64,000 bases of DNA, taken from a plasmid. The stretch lies in the sequence record NZ_CP011600.1; one strand, written 5' to 3'. The notes under the pieces are model-generated. The model was not told where the DNA came from, did not search any database, and worked only from the letters and a program-made list of their open reading frames with translations. The translations under genes were made by a program, and so were the position numbers. Shown here piece by piece: positions 31,101 through 40,038 of the stretch (the stretch's first letter is position 1; each line of letters begins with the position of its first letter).

Positions 31101-31449
31101 AAAGCCGGGCGACAGAGAACCCGACAGAAGTCGATAAACCGGCAATGCCTGCCAACCCGGCCGGCACATTATCCACCTCATAGACCGCTGCCGGGTCAGT
31201 GATATCAATAATCTGCACGCTACGCTTGGGTACCAGCAGTACCGAGGTGATGATGAAAAAGATGGCGACCCAATGTAGAAATACCATCGGATTGCGTGAT
31301 TTGATGAAGCTCGCCATCACGCCCAGCACTCCGAAAAGCCCCACAATGCGTTTCAGTGTGCTGTAGGTATCTGAGCCAATAATGGTGACCACGCCATTAA
31401 ACGTCTGCCGCCACATATCTCCGCCGTAAATGGTCCAGACCTCAGTCAT
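28165..31449 (-). CDS. traG: TraG (N-terminal pilus assembly / C-terminal mating-pair stabilisation and exclusion domain) with long Q/S/T/G-rich C-terminal extension
   Basis: Start placed at MTEVWTIYGGDMWRQTFNGV (matches F TraG MNEVYVIAGGEWLRNNLNA). Multi-TM N-domain. ~1094 aa vs 938 in F, with the excess in a polar, disordered-looking C-terminal region. Confidence 0.85.
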   Translation of the reverse strand: MTEVWTIYGGDMWRQTFNGVVTIIGSDTYSTLKRIVGLFGVLGVMASFIKSRNPMVFLHWVAIFFIITSVLLVPKRSVQIIDITDPAAVYEVDNVPAGLAGIAGLSTSVGFSVARLYDYALARPDSLTYTKSGMLFGSQIVAQSSDFRTQNPQLAQMLTDYVENCVVGDILLNSKYTVAQLLNSTDPLTLITDNPSPLRGVYQDTGGGRQFVTCQQAAGVIKNLIGADISFGGTTWHALATRLFGNRINANALLSSSMNESYNFFYAGGLSASQIMRNNITNAAIRDGWKGFAARSSDTANLLNLATESSLTKQRISWGAGGVIAARTLPMFQSLMMLVLIGLFPLVIALALVNHSIFGLNTLKLYAGGFLYFQMWPVMFAILNSLANFYLQTKTGNTALVLANQDQVALQHSDAANIAGYLSMSIPILAFFLTKGAASVASQAVGSIMSSAAFATGGQASTTADGNWSFNNMSMDNVNANKFDTNMMHRSGSQAFQTTNGSMHTQTADGSQVYDTSGAISNLPVNMRLSALASSGYSEQARQAQQEAQSSLDGYNHSVTSGFQQMNQLTRQSGNSDTMTQGSDSSVATNVSRGASKMQSAVESYAKSHNISEQQAYNQLMDITNRGSMGADGKAYIKFDSGDQLAGKLGKWATGLSVGGEASVNTGWQHTSGSAHGTQDTNSESRDNRHDQNSQEARDFREGMDMVTSTRLSQSGSHTDNQSSSQAQQFAATLNDAKSQYHQYTESSTRSQEFSRMATLSQSQSASLDANYNQEFVNWTTAKYGSDAQNILTNVKSAQTAATEFMHERLEPEIMRNYGARTEQVNSEPLQPSRTLENPVQSSQEGTVTGRNTPDPQTSMVRNAPSGETGGTISGGRQRVAGQSEPAGSSPVVPAGSTPSRYDASYDVQGTVRTSGGQKTQQGMPGGESERPGAGSLHRSQPGNEPAGRTVSTTPVRREQENVHVGIHERNLSTPASGPSEMMNTDFRQGTQRISEQASGAGIRNDVASSVRAQRSGNTETVRENGGKIDENKNTVQTSSDILKGEHQGAVKRQQIGRTEEDLKQTLPIWDSSEKRGGFQEKLETLRAQQNKAS

Positions 31450-32812
31450 TGCCGGTACCCCACTGGTAGTTGCTCTGATAGGACGTTGAGATAATTGTCG
31501 AGACCTGCTGTTGCAGGTACTGCATGTTCCGGTCGATACCGTCGAGGGCATTCTGGTCGGCAGTCGACTGCAGTTTCATCTGCGCCAGCAGTGAGGTCAC
31601 CGCCAGTACGTTATTACGCAGATCACTGGCGGCCTGTTCCGGGAAGTTTTTACCTGCCAGCGACTGACTTGCCTGTTTTACCAGCTCCTGCAGGTACTGG
31701 ATCATCATGTCCTGGGCCACAAAGTCTGCGACCTGTAACAGATAGGTTGGACTCATACCCATACTGCGGGAGTTGGTCAGGTATTTCAGCACCGGCACAG
31801 ACGTGGTATTGATGAAGCCCTTTTCCTTATCCGACAGACCGGTATCGCTACTGAGTTTGCTGTCGATGGAGACCATCAGATTACGCACCTGCGAAACCAG
31901 CGCGACGTCGCTGCTGATGGTTACATCCTTTACGGTGGGTCCCAGACACAGGCTGGACTCATCACATCCATATATCTTTGCCGTACCTCCACGCATTAAT
32001 ACACCGACAATGTCACGGTTATCGACCAGCGGAGTGAGGATGGTGACCTGTCCCTGCGCGTTGAAAATGATGGAGCCCACCACACTCATCACAAGCTCTT
32101 TAAGCTGCTGATTACCATCGAACAAATGATTGCGCCCCAGTGCGTCCCAGATGAGGTTTTTATTCTTGAGCACCTGGTCTTTTTGGGCATCGGACGCCTT
32201 GCTCGTCACGTTGTCGCCCTGCCCTCCGACCGTGCACCCCTGACGCGATGCCGCCCAGTCAGCGAACATGTTGCTTTCGCCGGCGATGTCCTGGCAGATT
32301 TTCTGGTTCGACACCTGTGAGACGGGCCACAGCCCGCCGATGATGCCTTGTGCCGCCTGACAGGAGCTCATGTTCATGGAATTAATATCACTGGCCAGTT
32401 TCTGCAGAAAGTCTTTCGCCTGCTTGAGTTCCGGGACCATTGTCTGCAGGGCCAGATCAAAAGCATATCCGGCTGCGTTGGACATTATTTGCTTTGCAAA
32501 GCGCTGGATTTCCTCTCCACTTATCATGGAGAACGCCCCGAGGTAGGCGTCAATACCGCCACAACCGGCATTGAGTGATGGTACCTGCATGGAAATAAGC
32601 TGTACCTGTTTGACGGGATTTCGCAGGTACACTGAGCCACCGGTGAAATACCCGGCTGCCTGCCCCTGCCACGCCTGGGCTTTTGAAACATTCCCGTCAA
32701 AACCGAGGCTGCCAAAATAGCCGTTAAGGTCGCCCTGTACATCGGCGAACGCCGGTGTACTGAGACCCAGCACCGTCACAGCAGAAAGAAGTAACTGACG
32801 GAGTTTAATCAT
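31442..32812 (-). CDS. traH: Pilus assembly protein TraH
   Basis: Start at MIKLRQLLLSA. Strongly matches F TraH (NAGCGGIDAYLG.FS.I.GE..QRF.KQIMSNAAGYAFDLALQT..PELKQAKDFLQK.ASD.NSMNMSSCQAAQGIIGGL). Confidence 0.9.
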   Translation of the reverse strand: MIKLRQLLLSAVTVLGLSTPAFADVQGDLNGYFGSLGFDGNVSKAQAWQGQAAGYFTGGSVYLRNPVKQVQLISMQVPSLNAGCGGIDAYLGAFSMISGEEIQRFAKQIMSNAAGYAFDLALQTMVPELKQAKDFLQKLASDINSMNMSSCQAAQGIIGGLWPVSQVSNQKICQDIAGESNMFADWAASRQGCTVGGQGDNVTSKASDAQKDQVLKNKNLIWDALGRNHLFDGNQQLKELVMSVVGSIIFNAQGQVTILTPLVDNRDIVGVLMRGGTAKIYGCDESSLCLGPTVKDVTISSDVALVSQVRNLMVSIDSKLSSDTGLSDKEKGFINTTSVPVLKYLTNSRSMGMSPTYLLQVADFVAQDMMIQYLQELVKQASQSLAGKNFPEQAASDLRNNVLAVTSLLAQMKLQSTADQNALDGIDRNMQYLQQQVSTIISTSYQSNYQWGTGND

Positions 32813-33077
32813 GCTGAACGCCTCCCCTGGCCGGTTCAGGTTTAAGACACTGGCGGACAACGTAGTGCCCCAGCGCGGTACTGATGAAGCCTGCACTCAG
32901 GGATATCATCAGCAGGACCGGACAGTCCTGCAGAATAGTGACAAGTGTGTCAGCGCTCATGGCCCTGACAATCCGTCCGGCCAGCGTGCCGTATATCACC
33001 GCAGAGGTGAGAAAGGCGATGGCGAAAATCAGGCATACTTTTTCGGAACGCGATAACGCATACATGGATGTGCTCAT
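32805..33077 (-). CDS. Small membrane protein in the trbJ/trbF position
   Basis: 90 aa, two hydrophobic segments, between trbB and traH as TrbJ/TrbF are in F. Confidence 0.4.
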   Translation of the reverse strand: MSTSMYALSRSEKVCLIFAIAFLTSAVIYGTLAGRIVRAMSADTLVTILQDCPVLLMISLSAGFISTALGHYVVRQCLKPEPARGGVQHD

Positions 33078-33093
33078 TGTTAATCCGCCTGTA

Positions 33094-33738
33094 TTACTGA
33101 GTTGTCAGCGCGGCGCTGGCCGGAACCGGCCCCAGCGTGTCCGGGGAAAGATGATCAATATCCGCCTCAATCATCAGCGCGAGTCGCTGACGAAGCGTAT
33201 TCACATCGGTATCGCCCTGATAAAGCGGATAGGCCGTGTTGGTATGGACGTTGACCATAAACGTGGTGGGGGTGGCAATCGGCAGGCCATTGCCAAAGAA
33301 GGTCAGAATTTCACCAGCTATCGGCTCATTCGGTCCGGTTTTGCGCGGGATAAGTGCCACCGGGAAAGCGGTGTCACCGTAGCCATCCAGTGTATAGGGA
33401 TACACTTTGATCCCTTCCTGGTCTGCCCACGTTTTTAACTGAGGATCAAATTTCGCACTGTACTGACAGCCGCGCTGCATAAAGACCACGATGGCATAGT
33501 CATTCAGGTTCACCTGGCGACCATCGGTCAGCGTCATCATGTGCGGCGCTTTCACCGCTGCCGGTCGTGCAGGCTGTGTCCCCGGCAGACCAAAATCCAG
33601 CAGGGATGTTCCATGTTGGGCTTTCACCTGCTCCAGCCGGCTGATCTCATCAGCAACACTGGCCTGCACGGCCACCGGGCAGAGCAGTGCCAGCGCGGTA
33701 AGCAGTTCACTGTATCTCATGACTGGACCTCCGGTCAC
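33094..33738 (-). CDS. trbB: TrbB thioredoxin-fold (DsbC-like) protein with CQYS instead of the CPYC active-site motif
   Basis: Aligns to F TrbB around the active site (VVFMQRGCQYSAKFDP vs VLFMQGHCPYCHQFDP). Signal peptide present. Only one Cys in the mature protein. Confidence 0.7.
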   Translation of the reverse strand: MTGGPVMRYSELLTALALLCPVAVQASVADEISRLEQVKAQHGTSLLDFGLPGTQPARPAAVKAPHMMTLTDGRQVNLNDYAIVVFMQRGCQYSAKFDPQLKTWADQEGIKVYPYTLDGYGDTAFPVALIPRKTGPNEPIAGEILTFFGNGLPIATPTTFMVNVHTNTAYPLYQGDTDVNTLRQRLALMIEADIDHLSPDTLGPVPASAALTTQ

Positions 33739-33922
33739 GACGGGCGCGTCGGTACGCGACCAGTTCCACTATCAATGCCAGTGCAACCAGTGAGAAGCAT
33801 ATTACACTCCCGACCACCAGGACTTCCCGTGTGAGGATGACAGACCAGGCCAGTAACTGGCGCAGGCAGTTCAAAATGATGCCGGTCATAAAGAGCATGG
33901 CGATAAGAGGGAGTCGTTTCAT
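33707..33922 (-). CDS. Small membrane protein in the traQ position (pilin chaperone candidate)
   Basis: 71 aa, two TM helices. Located between the trbA-position ORF and trbB. No sequence-level identification. Confidence 0.3.
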   Translation of the reverse strand: MKRLPLIAMLFMTGIILNCLRQLLAWSVILTREVLVVGSVICFSLVALALIVELVAYRRARRDRRSSHEIQ

Positions 33923-34374
33923 CTCTCACCTCGCATGGTGGGGAGTATTTTCCCGGCCTTTTCTTTTAGCCAGAGGACAATGACCAAAGATTCCTTCATG
34001 CCATTCCAGGACCACCATATGCCAGCGCCCAGAATGGCCAACCACAGATAAACATGCCTGATGAAGGTGTCTGTTGACCGCTGCCAGGTGTCAGCATCGA
34101 CAAGAACACGTTCACATACTGGTTTCACAGAAGGAACGGGGGGAAGGCTGTCTTCCGGCGAGGTGTTACGTGGTGGAACACAATCCCACACCTTACCGGG
34201 TGGCGCATCCGCAACCAGACTCCGGGCTTCCTCCATAAACTCCCCCGCGAGAGAGTTATTAAAGGAGAGAAAAACAAAGCCGACAAAAAAGAACAGTGCC
34301 GGCGCAGTGACAAAACTGAACCAGAGGGCGCGGCGGAATGTGCACACCACGCGCCAGGTGCTGATGTTATTCAT
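33919..34374 (-). CDS. Membrane protein in the trbA/traQ position
   Basis: 151-aa ORF with two hydrophobic segments, downstream of traF. Position corresponds to F trbA-artA-traQ. Confidence 0.3.
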   Translation of the reverse strand: MNNISTWRVVCTFRRALWFSFVTAPALFFFVGFVFLSFNNSLAGEFMEEARSLVADAPPGKVWDCVPPRNTSPEDSLPPVPSVKPVCERVLVDADTWQRSTDTFIRHVYLWLAILGAGIWWSWNGMKESLVIVLWLKEKAGKILPTMRGER

Positions 34375-34383
34375 GGGAACTCC

Positions 34384-35181
34384 TCAGAAATTAGGTCTGA
34401 ACCCGGTGGCCACATTCAGGAACCGTTTCGCCAGGTCATCCTGCGTCATGAAGCCGTACGCCAGTGGCCGGTAGTCCTTCGTGGCCGGGTCGACAAGGTA
34501 GAGTGCCGGGAAATGGCTGATGCCCATTCGCGCACTCTGCCCGGTATCCGGACGGCTGTCCGGCACCTGCGGGGACACGGTGCCATCCACACTGACCGGT
34601 ATCAGCGATATATGACGCAGGCGGGCAAAGTCCGCGACCACGCCCGCCATCTGCGCATCAATCGGGTTACTGCCCCGGTAGAAATAGAACAGGCCGTACT
34701 GCCCGGCCAGCTGGCTGATGGCCTGCGACTGTTTTTCCTGATCCCGTGCCTGCTGGAGCGGGGCGGTGCTGTTATAGTGCGGATGCTCCAGGTTGTAATC
34801 GAGATCCGGATGCGCAAGCTGCGCCACCGCGAATGACTGGCTGAACATTGATGCGCGGTCCGTCCAGAACTTCTGCCAGCGCAGAAAGGTGGCCGTATTC
34901 TCCGACGAGGGGTAGAGCATGGCGCGTGTCATCGCCTCTTTCGTATACCCCTTCAGCACCTCAGCCTGCTCAACCGGTGACAGTTTGCTGAAATCCGGAA
35001 CCTTCTGTGGCGCAGGCACTGATGCAGGTGCCTCTTTCGGTTTTTTCGGTTCGTTGTACCAGTGCCAGCCTGTAAAAGGATCGGCTGGCGTGACCACGGC
35101 ATCTGCGGGGGGAGGCTCATCGGCCAGCACCGGTGCGACACCGGATATCAGGAGACAGGCAAGCAGCAGTTTTTTCATCAT
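34384..35181 (-). CDS. traF: Pilus assembly protein TraF (thioredoxin-like fold without CxxC)
   Basis: 265 aa with signal peptide. Conserved TraF C-terminal region (GLFYFYRG..P.D..MAGVV.DFA..R.ISLIPVSVDG). Confidence 0.9.
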   Translation of the reverse strand: MMKKLLLACLLISGVAPVLADEPPPADAVVTPADPFTGWHWYNEPKKPKEAPASVPAPQKVPDFSKLSPVEQAEVLKGYTKEAMTRAMLYPSSENTATFLRWQKFWTDRASMFSQSFAVAQLAHPDLDYNLEHPHYNSTAPLQQARDQEKQSQAISQLAGQYGLFYFYRGSNPIDAQMAGVVADFARLRHISLIPVSVDGTVSPQVPDSRPDTGQSARMGISHFPALYLVDPATKDYRPLAYGFMTQDDLAKRFLNVATGFRPNF

Positions 35182-37061
35182 TTCCCCCCCATCTGATTTA
35201 CCTGGGCGGCCACGCGGTCTTTCGCCAGTTGGGCCATCGTGGACGCATCCGGGATTTTCTGGTTATTCATCAGGTCTTCGTAGAAATCCGCGAAGTTAAT
35301 CAGATCGAAATTGATATCCTGCAGCTCCGGGACCGTAATACCCCGGCAGTCAGGGTTATCACCACTGCCAAAACTCACCCCCAACTGGTCACGGCGCCCC
35401 TGTTCCTGAATGATGCGCGCCAGCTTGCCCTGGAAAACGCAGTAGACCTGGCTTTTCTGGACGCAGGCCCCGAGGACTTTGTGATCACAACGCTCACCGA
35501 CACTGACCGTGACCTTTTTGGCTTTTGCCTTACCGATGGCCATCTCATCACTGTTGCAGGCCGCCAGTCCGGCATCCGCACCCCAGCCCGAGTCCTTACA
35601 ACAGTTGTTGAAGCCGGCGAACGCCTTGCGGCAGCTCATCGCCTGGCCGCTAAATGCCCTGACGTTGACCTGGTCATCCCGGACGTTTTCGCCCGCCGAG
35701 GCCAGCCCCGCCAGTTTGGCCACCGCCGTATCAAAGCCGCTGTCACCGGCCCCATTGGTATCGCTGCAGTCTCCGGTTTTGCAGAAATAATCCCCGCCAC
35801 AGACCAGGCCACTGGAGGAGTAGACCTTCTGGCACTGGTAGGTTTCTGTCTGATGGAGACACGTACCTGTTGCTGCATCTGTGTCAGTACAGGTATGAGC
35901 GGAAAGCGTACAACTGGGGTTGTTGATTAGAGAAGCACAATTACCGGTAGAATTTGTCCCCGTTACATAGGAATCAGTGTATCCCCAGCAATCGCTGTAC
36001 TGACTGTACTGGACACCGTCAACCGTAACAGTCCTTGTTCCGCCAGGGTCTGTGCAAATACTGCCAGCACTTGACTTCGCAGTAGCGGTATCAAAGCCGC
36101 AACTGCTACTCCAGGTGATCTGTGGAACATATTTTTGTGTCCCTGTACGGAACGTAAACACTATCTGGAAATGCCATATGGGCGACCCGCCGGGTGATGA
36201 AAATAAATCCTCGACCATGTAGGGAACGTTCTGTTTGTTATTCACTACAATTCGCAATAATTCATCTTTGTTAAAAGCATTGCCTGCAGGCAGTGTGTAG
36301 CTACCTGATGTGTCATACATATTCAGTGTTTGGCCCAGCAAAGTGAGATTCAGGAAATAAAGGTCATTGCTTTTTGCTGCTGACCGGTCAAAGGTATATG
36401 TCATAGTTGCTGAAATGACTTCACCAGAGGGCACCGGAACGTCGTAGTAATAAGGCCCTTTATCCCCGCTCCCCTGAAGAGGCAGAGTCTGCCCCCCGGC
36501 GCTTAATTTTCGGTTCGTAAAATCAATGGTGTAAGTGGTATACGCATAATCATCGACATATGACCCTGTAATGGATGCTGTTCGTCCGCACGTTTCGATG
36601 TCACCCACGTCACGGTCACACTGGAAGTTTTCAAATGTGGATTTGGACACTGCGGTACTGGTGCACTGCTGGCTGGTTCCGTTGAGTACGCTTTCTGAGC
36701 CACTCTCTGCCGCTTTGCCTGCCGTGATGAACGGCGCATTCGGATCAATGACCGGCGACGGGTTTTTGGTGCTGGCGTCAATGACGGCCTGACCGGCATT
36801 ACTGCCCAGCAGGGCAGACTGGCCTTTATCACTCAGCCCGCTGTCCCCGCCTCTGACACCCCCGTAGTAGTTTGTCTCGGACGGATTACTGGTGTATCCC
36901 GGGATAGCGCTGTTCACGGCATCGGTGTTCTTTAGTGCAGACGTCCCCTGTGATGCGCTGCCTTTCCCGAAACTGGACCCCGCCTTATAGGCATCGCTGT
37001 TCGCATCCGCAAAGGCCAGTCCGCTGAACAGCAGAACGAGAATAGCGAGAGACATTTTCAT
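35178..37061 (-). CDS. traN: Outer-membrane mating-pair stabilisation protein TraN
   Basis: 627-aa Cys-rich protein (22+ Cys) with signal peptide and the conserved TraN C-terminal Cys-rich region (CDHKVLGACVQKSQVYCVFQGKLARIIQEQGRRDQLG). Confidence 0.9.
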   Translation of the reverse strand: MKMSLAILVLLFSGLAFADANSDAYKAGSSFGKGSASQGTSALKNTDAVNSAIPGYTSNPSETNYYGGVRGGDSGLSDKGQSALLGSNAGQAVIDASTKNPSPVIDPNAPFITAGKAAESGSESVLNGTSQQCTSTAVSKSTFENFQCDRDVGDIETCGRTASITGSYVDDYAYTTYTIDFTNRKLSAGGQTLPLQGSGDKGPYYYDVPVPSGEVISATMTYTFDRSAAKSNDLYFLNLTLLGQTLNMYDTSGSYTLPAGNAFNKDELLRIVVNNKQNVPYMVEDLFSSPGGSPIWHFQIVFTFRTGTQKYVPQITWSSSCGFDTATAKSSAGSICTDPGGTRTVTVDGVQYSQYSDCWGYTDSYVTGTNSTGNCASLINNPSCTLSAHTCTDTDAATGTCLHQTETYQCQKVYSSSGLVCGGDYFCKTGDCSDTNGAGDSGFDTAVAKLAGLASAGENVRDDQVNVRAFSGQAMSCRKAFAGFNNCCKDSGWGADAGLAACNSDEMAIGKAKAKKVTVSVGERCDHKVLGACVQKSQVYCVFQGKLARIIQEQGRRDQLGVSFGSGDNPDCRGITVPELQDINFDLINFADFYEDLMNNQKIPDASTMAQLAKDRVAAQVNQMGGK

Positions 37062-37678
37062 CGGGCCGCCTCCAGCAGTTTGCGCGCCGTGGCGGCGCAG
37101 TCGCCCTGTTCTGCGATTTTACCCAGCGCATCGCGCAACGGCAGGCTGCCCCGGATAACGTCGTAATGCCCCGGGCAGGTGACAACCAGCGCCGGCACCG
37201 CCGTAATGTGGTAATCGCTGTACAGCGTCGGGTCTATCTGCACCCCGACATTTTTATCTTCCTTCGTCAGCTCAAACATCATGGCGGCCGTCTTGCGAAA
37301 ATCATTATCGACGAGGCCACGCAATGTGGCCGGTATCTTTAATCGCGCTGCATCCTGCAGCATGGGCAACAGACCTTCCCGGGGGATACCGAGGCTGACA
37401 AAGTAAATGGCATCCGGAGTGCGCTGTTCTCCCCCTCCCTGCGCAGTCTGGTCATTGCGAATGCCCTGCTGCAGTTTCTCCACCAGGTCCTGTTGCGCGG
37501 GCGGCAGGGTCATCGTCTGGCCCGCCAGTGAATTTTTAAACTCCTGCAGGGCATTCTGCTGCTGTTTCATCCATTCGCGGTCCCGGCCGTTAACGGCAAC
37601 CTGATCGCTGGCGAAAGAAACGGACATGCTTAAGAGCAGGCCACTGGCGAACAGGGCCTGAAAACGGCGTGTATTCAT
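37058..37678 (-). CDS. trbC: Pilus assembly protein TrbC
   Basis: 206 aa with signal peptide, in the position and size of F TrbC. Conserved C-terminal region (ITAVPALVV.C.GHYDVIRG.LPL..AL). Confidence 0.85.
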   Translation of the reverse strand: MNTRRFQALFASGLLLSMSVSFASDQVAVNGRDREWMKQQQNALQEFKNSLAGQTMTLPPAQQDLVEKLQQGIRNDQTAQGGGEQRTPDAIYFVSLGIPREGLLPMLQDAARLKIPATLRGLVDNDFRKTAAMMFELTKEDKNVGVQIDPTLYSDYHITAVPALVVTCPGHYDVIRGSLPLRDALGKIAEQGDCAATARKLLEAAR

Positions 37679-37687
37679 GATCGGTTC

Positions 37688-38680
37688 CTACAGAAAGACG
37701 CAGTTGCGTTTGCGCCACATCAGATAGCCAAAATTCTTTTTGGACTGCGGAGTGTTGTGCGTGGTGCCCCACAGCTGCGTACTGGCGCCGAAGGGGTGAC
37801 AGCTCGACGTCTCGGGATACATGTTCACCATCTGGTAGCGCCATCGCTCTTTCGGAATGATGGGCGACGGATATTGAAAACAGACGGCGGTGTCTGCCCC
37901 CACGGAATTCATCACCAGGCCTTCCCGGTGCAGTTTGTAGGCCATACGCTCACTGACCAGCAAGGAGGATTCGAGCGGCGAAAACTCACCACTGGTATAG
38001 CCCGTGAACGGGTACATCGAGCCCTGTGCACCGGCGCACCAGAACAGGGGAGACAGGGGCAAACCGGCAGAGCTGGCAGCGGCATCTGCGGCACAGGCAG
38101 CCTGAGCAATCAGGTTGCCAAACAGCGCGGCTTCCGGGTTGATGATCATCGAGAGCGTGGAGTCGTTCCACATCGGGTCGACCTCAGACAGATACGCAAT
38201 GTCCATGTCCCCGGTCTGCATGCAGCCGATACTGGTGATAATGTTCAGCCAGAAAATCAGCGGGTATTTATACCAGTGGACGTGGTAGAACGCGCCCGCA
38301 GCGGGCCGGTCACTCTGTCCTGCCGTGCCTGTACCGGTCCTTCCCAGGTCAATCTTGAAGCCCCCCATATTGACCATCACGCCCGGTTCCCGGGTTACGT
38401 CCGTCATGGCCATCGGTTCCCAGAATCCAATAGCCAGCCCGATGCGATAGAGAATACCGACCGGGCAAATCTGGATGGGTGACGCGGGGTTATTGGTATC
38501 CGGTTGCGGACCGGACGCCAGTTGGATACTGCCCAGCGTCATCGGGAACAGGCATTTCCAGCAGACGTCTGAAATGGGGTTCACCCAGCGGCCGTCACCG
38601 GCATTACTCCCCGCCGCCATCACCGGTTTTGCCAGCATGGCGGAGAAGAGCAGGCAGGTGATCAGCAAGAAACGCTTCAT
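37688..38680 (-). CDS. traU: Pilus assembly / DNA transfer protein TraU
   Basis: 330 aa (same as F TraU), signal peptide, many conserved Cys and Trp. Confidence 0.9.
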   Translation of the reverse strand: MKRFLLITCLLFSAMLAKPVMAAGSNAGDGRWVNPISDVCWKCLFPMTLGSIQLASGPQPDTNNPASPIQICPVGILYRIGLAIGFWEPMAMTDVTREPGVMVNMGGFKIDLGRTGTGTAGQSDRPAAGAFYHVHWYKYPLIFWLNIITSIGCMQTGDMDIAYLSEVDPMWNDSTLSMIINPEAALFGNLIAQAACAADAAASSAGLPLSPLFWCAGAQGSMYPFTGYTSGEFSPLESSLLVSERMAYKLHREGLVMNSVGADTAVCFQYPSPIIPKERWRYQMVNMYPETSSCHPFGASTQLWGTTHNTPQSKKNFGYLMWRKRNCVFL

Positions 38681-39015
38681 GAGGCGGCCTCCTCCCGGCG
38701 GCGCAGCCAGATACAGACGGCTCCGTCATCCATATCGTGAATACTGCCGGTAAACCAGCCTCCACCGGCGGGAACAGAGGGCTGCCAGAGACTGCAGTTA
38801 CCGGTTTTCCAGAATGTGTCCATCATCCAGTCCGGTACATCGTTTTCCATCCAGACGGTTGCTGACTGCAGGTGGTGTTCTGCAAGCCAGGCTTCAAACT
38901 CACCCGGGCGCGGAAATTCACGCGAGTCAGACGGTGAAAAAAAGTCAGGGTGTGTCCAGCCGCCCCAGCGATCGCGCACGACCGGCTGAGCCGATATTTC
39001 AGCAGGTTTGGTCAT
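38677..39015 (-). CDS. Hypothetical protein inserted between traW and traU (gene 3 of 3)
   Basis: 112 aa from an internal ATG at 39015 (MTKPAEISAQPVVRDRWGGWTHPDFFSPSD...). The longer ORF to 39168 overlaps the upstream gene. Stop overlaps the traU start, suggesting co-translation. Confidence 0.35.
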   Translation of the reverse strand: MTKPAEISAQPVVRDRWGGWTHPDFFSPSDSREFPRPGEFEAWLAEHHLQSATVWMENDVPDWMMDTFWKTGNCSLWQPSVPAGGGWFTGSIHDMDDGAVCIWLRRREEAAS

Positions 39016-39080
39016 AATGGTGGATTCCGTAAAAACAGCAGAAGAGGGTAAGAATGGCTCTGGGTAAACGGCCTGTACCG

Positions 39081-39758
39081 TTATTGTCCGGTCAGCCCGT
39101 TCGTGGTGCAGGTGTTCACTTCCTGTCTGACGACATACCAGCCGGTCGATTCTGCCGCCTGGCAGCACCAGTCGGCCCAGCTTTCCGTATAGCCGTCATC
39201 AGCGGCCTGCTGCAGTATCTGTTCAAGGGCCTCGCCCCTGCGGGACGGCGAAACATACCGCTCACGTGCCCGTACTATGGTGGCCCCCACGCGCCTGCGG
39301 GCGTCAGGGGACAACACCACTTTGTCATGCGCCGTCCTGCGCAGCGCATAACCTTCCTCATCCAGCGCATCACTGAATGCGGACAGAAGTGACTGCCAGT
39401 AAGCGGCATTCTGATCTTCTGCTGCACGGACGGCCATCTCCCGGCTGCCAAACGTCAGGGCCACAGGGGCGGGCTTTCCATACTTCATATCAGCGGTTTT
39501 CCGGCGTCCGGTAACCACGCGACCAGTACGCAGGATAACAATGGCCAGTGCCAGAAGAACAACGAAAAGCCCGGCGGCCGGAAGATGCCCCATCAACTGA
39601 CTGAACGCGTTGATGCCGTCAGGAGAAAGAACGGTTTCGGCACGACACACCGGCGTTTGCGAAAACTCTGCCGGAACGGGCCGCAAAAGCGCTCCGTCAT
39701 CAGGCGGCTTCATGACCGTCTGCGTCGCGACCGGCAGCTCCGGGTATTCAGTTGACAT
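39081..39758 (-). CDS. Hypothetical single-pass membrane protein inserted between traW and traU (gene 2 of 3)
   Basis: 225 aa. One TM helix (LPAAGLFVVLLALAIVILRTG) with a ~150-aa C-terminal domain. No recognisable family. Confidence 0.4.
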   Translation of the reverse strand: MSTEYPELPVATQTVMKPPDDGALLRPVPAEFSQTPVCRAETVLSPDGINAFSQLMGHLPAAGLFVVLLALAIVILRTGRVVTGRRKTADMKYGKPAPVALTFGSREMAVRAAEDQNAAYWQSLLSAFSDALDEEGYALRRTAHDKVVLSPDARRRVGATIVRARERYVSPSRRGEALEQILQQAADDGYTESWADWCCQAAESTGWYVVRQEVNTCTTNGLTGQ

Positions 39759-40038
39759 GCGATCCTCCCTGGCCCGTCAGGTATCCCATGCCGTGCCGGC
39801 GGATGACGTCGCTGACATCTTTCTCATTCAGCGAAGCGATAACGATGGCGGTTCTGACATCGCTGCTGCAGGCCAGCAGCACCTGCAGTGCCGCCCGGAT
39901 AATCACCGATTCAGTGTAGAGAGGATGTTCCTCCGTCATACTGCGCAGACCGTCTTTATCAGCATCATTAATGCGCACGGTAGTGGCATGACGCTTAACC
40001 TGCTCAGGGGCAAGTGGCCCCCGCGTGTTGTGACTCAT
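39748..40038 (-). CDS. Hypothetical protein inserted between traW and traU (gene 1 of 3)
   Basis: 96-aa ORF. Start overlaps the traW stop (40035-40038) and end overlaps the next gene, consistent with operon membership. Confidence 0.35.
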   Translation of the reverse strand: MSHNTRGPLAPEQVKRHATTVRINDADKDGLRSMTEEHPLYTESVIIRAALQVLLACSSDVRTAIVIASLNEKDVSDVIRRHGMGYLTGQGGSHVN

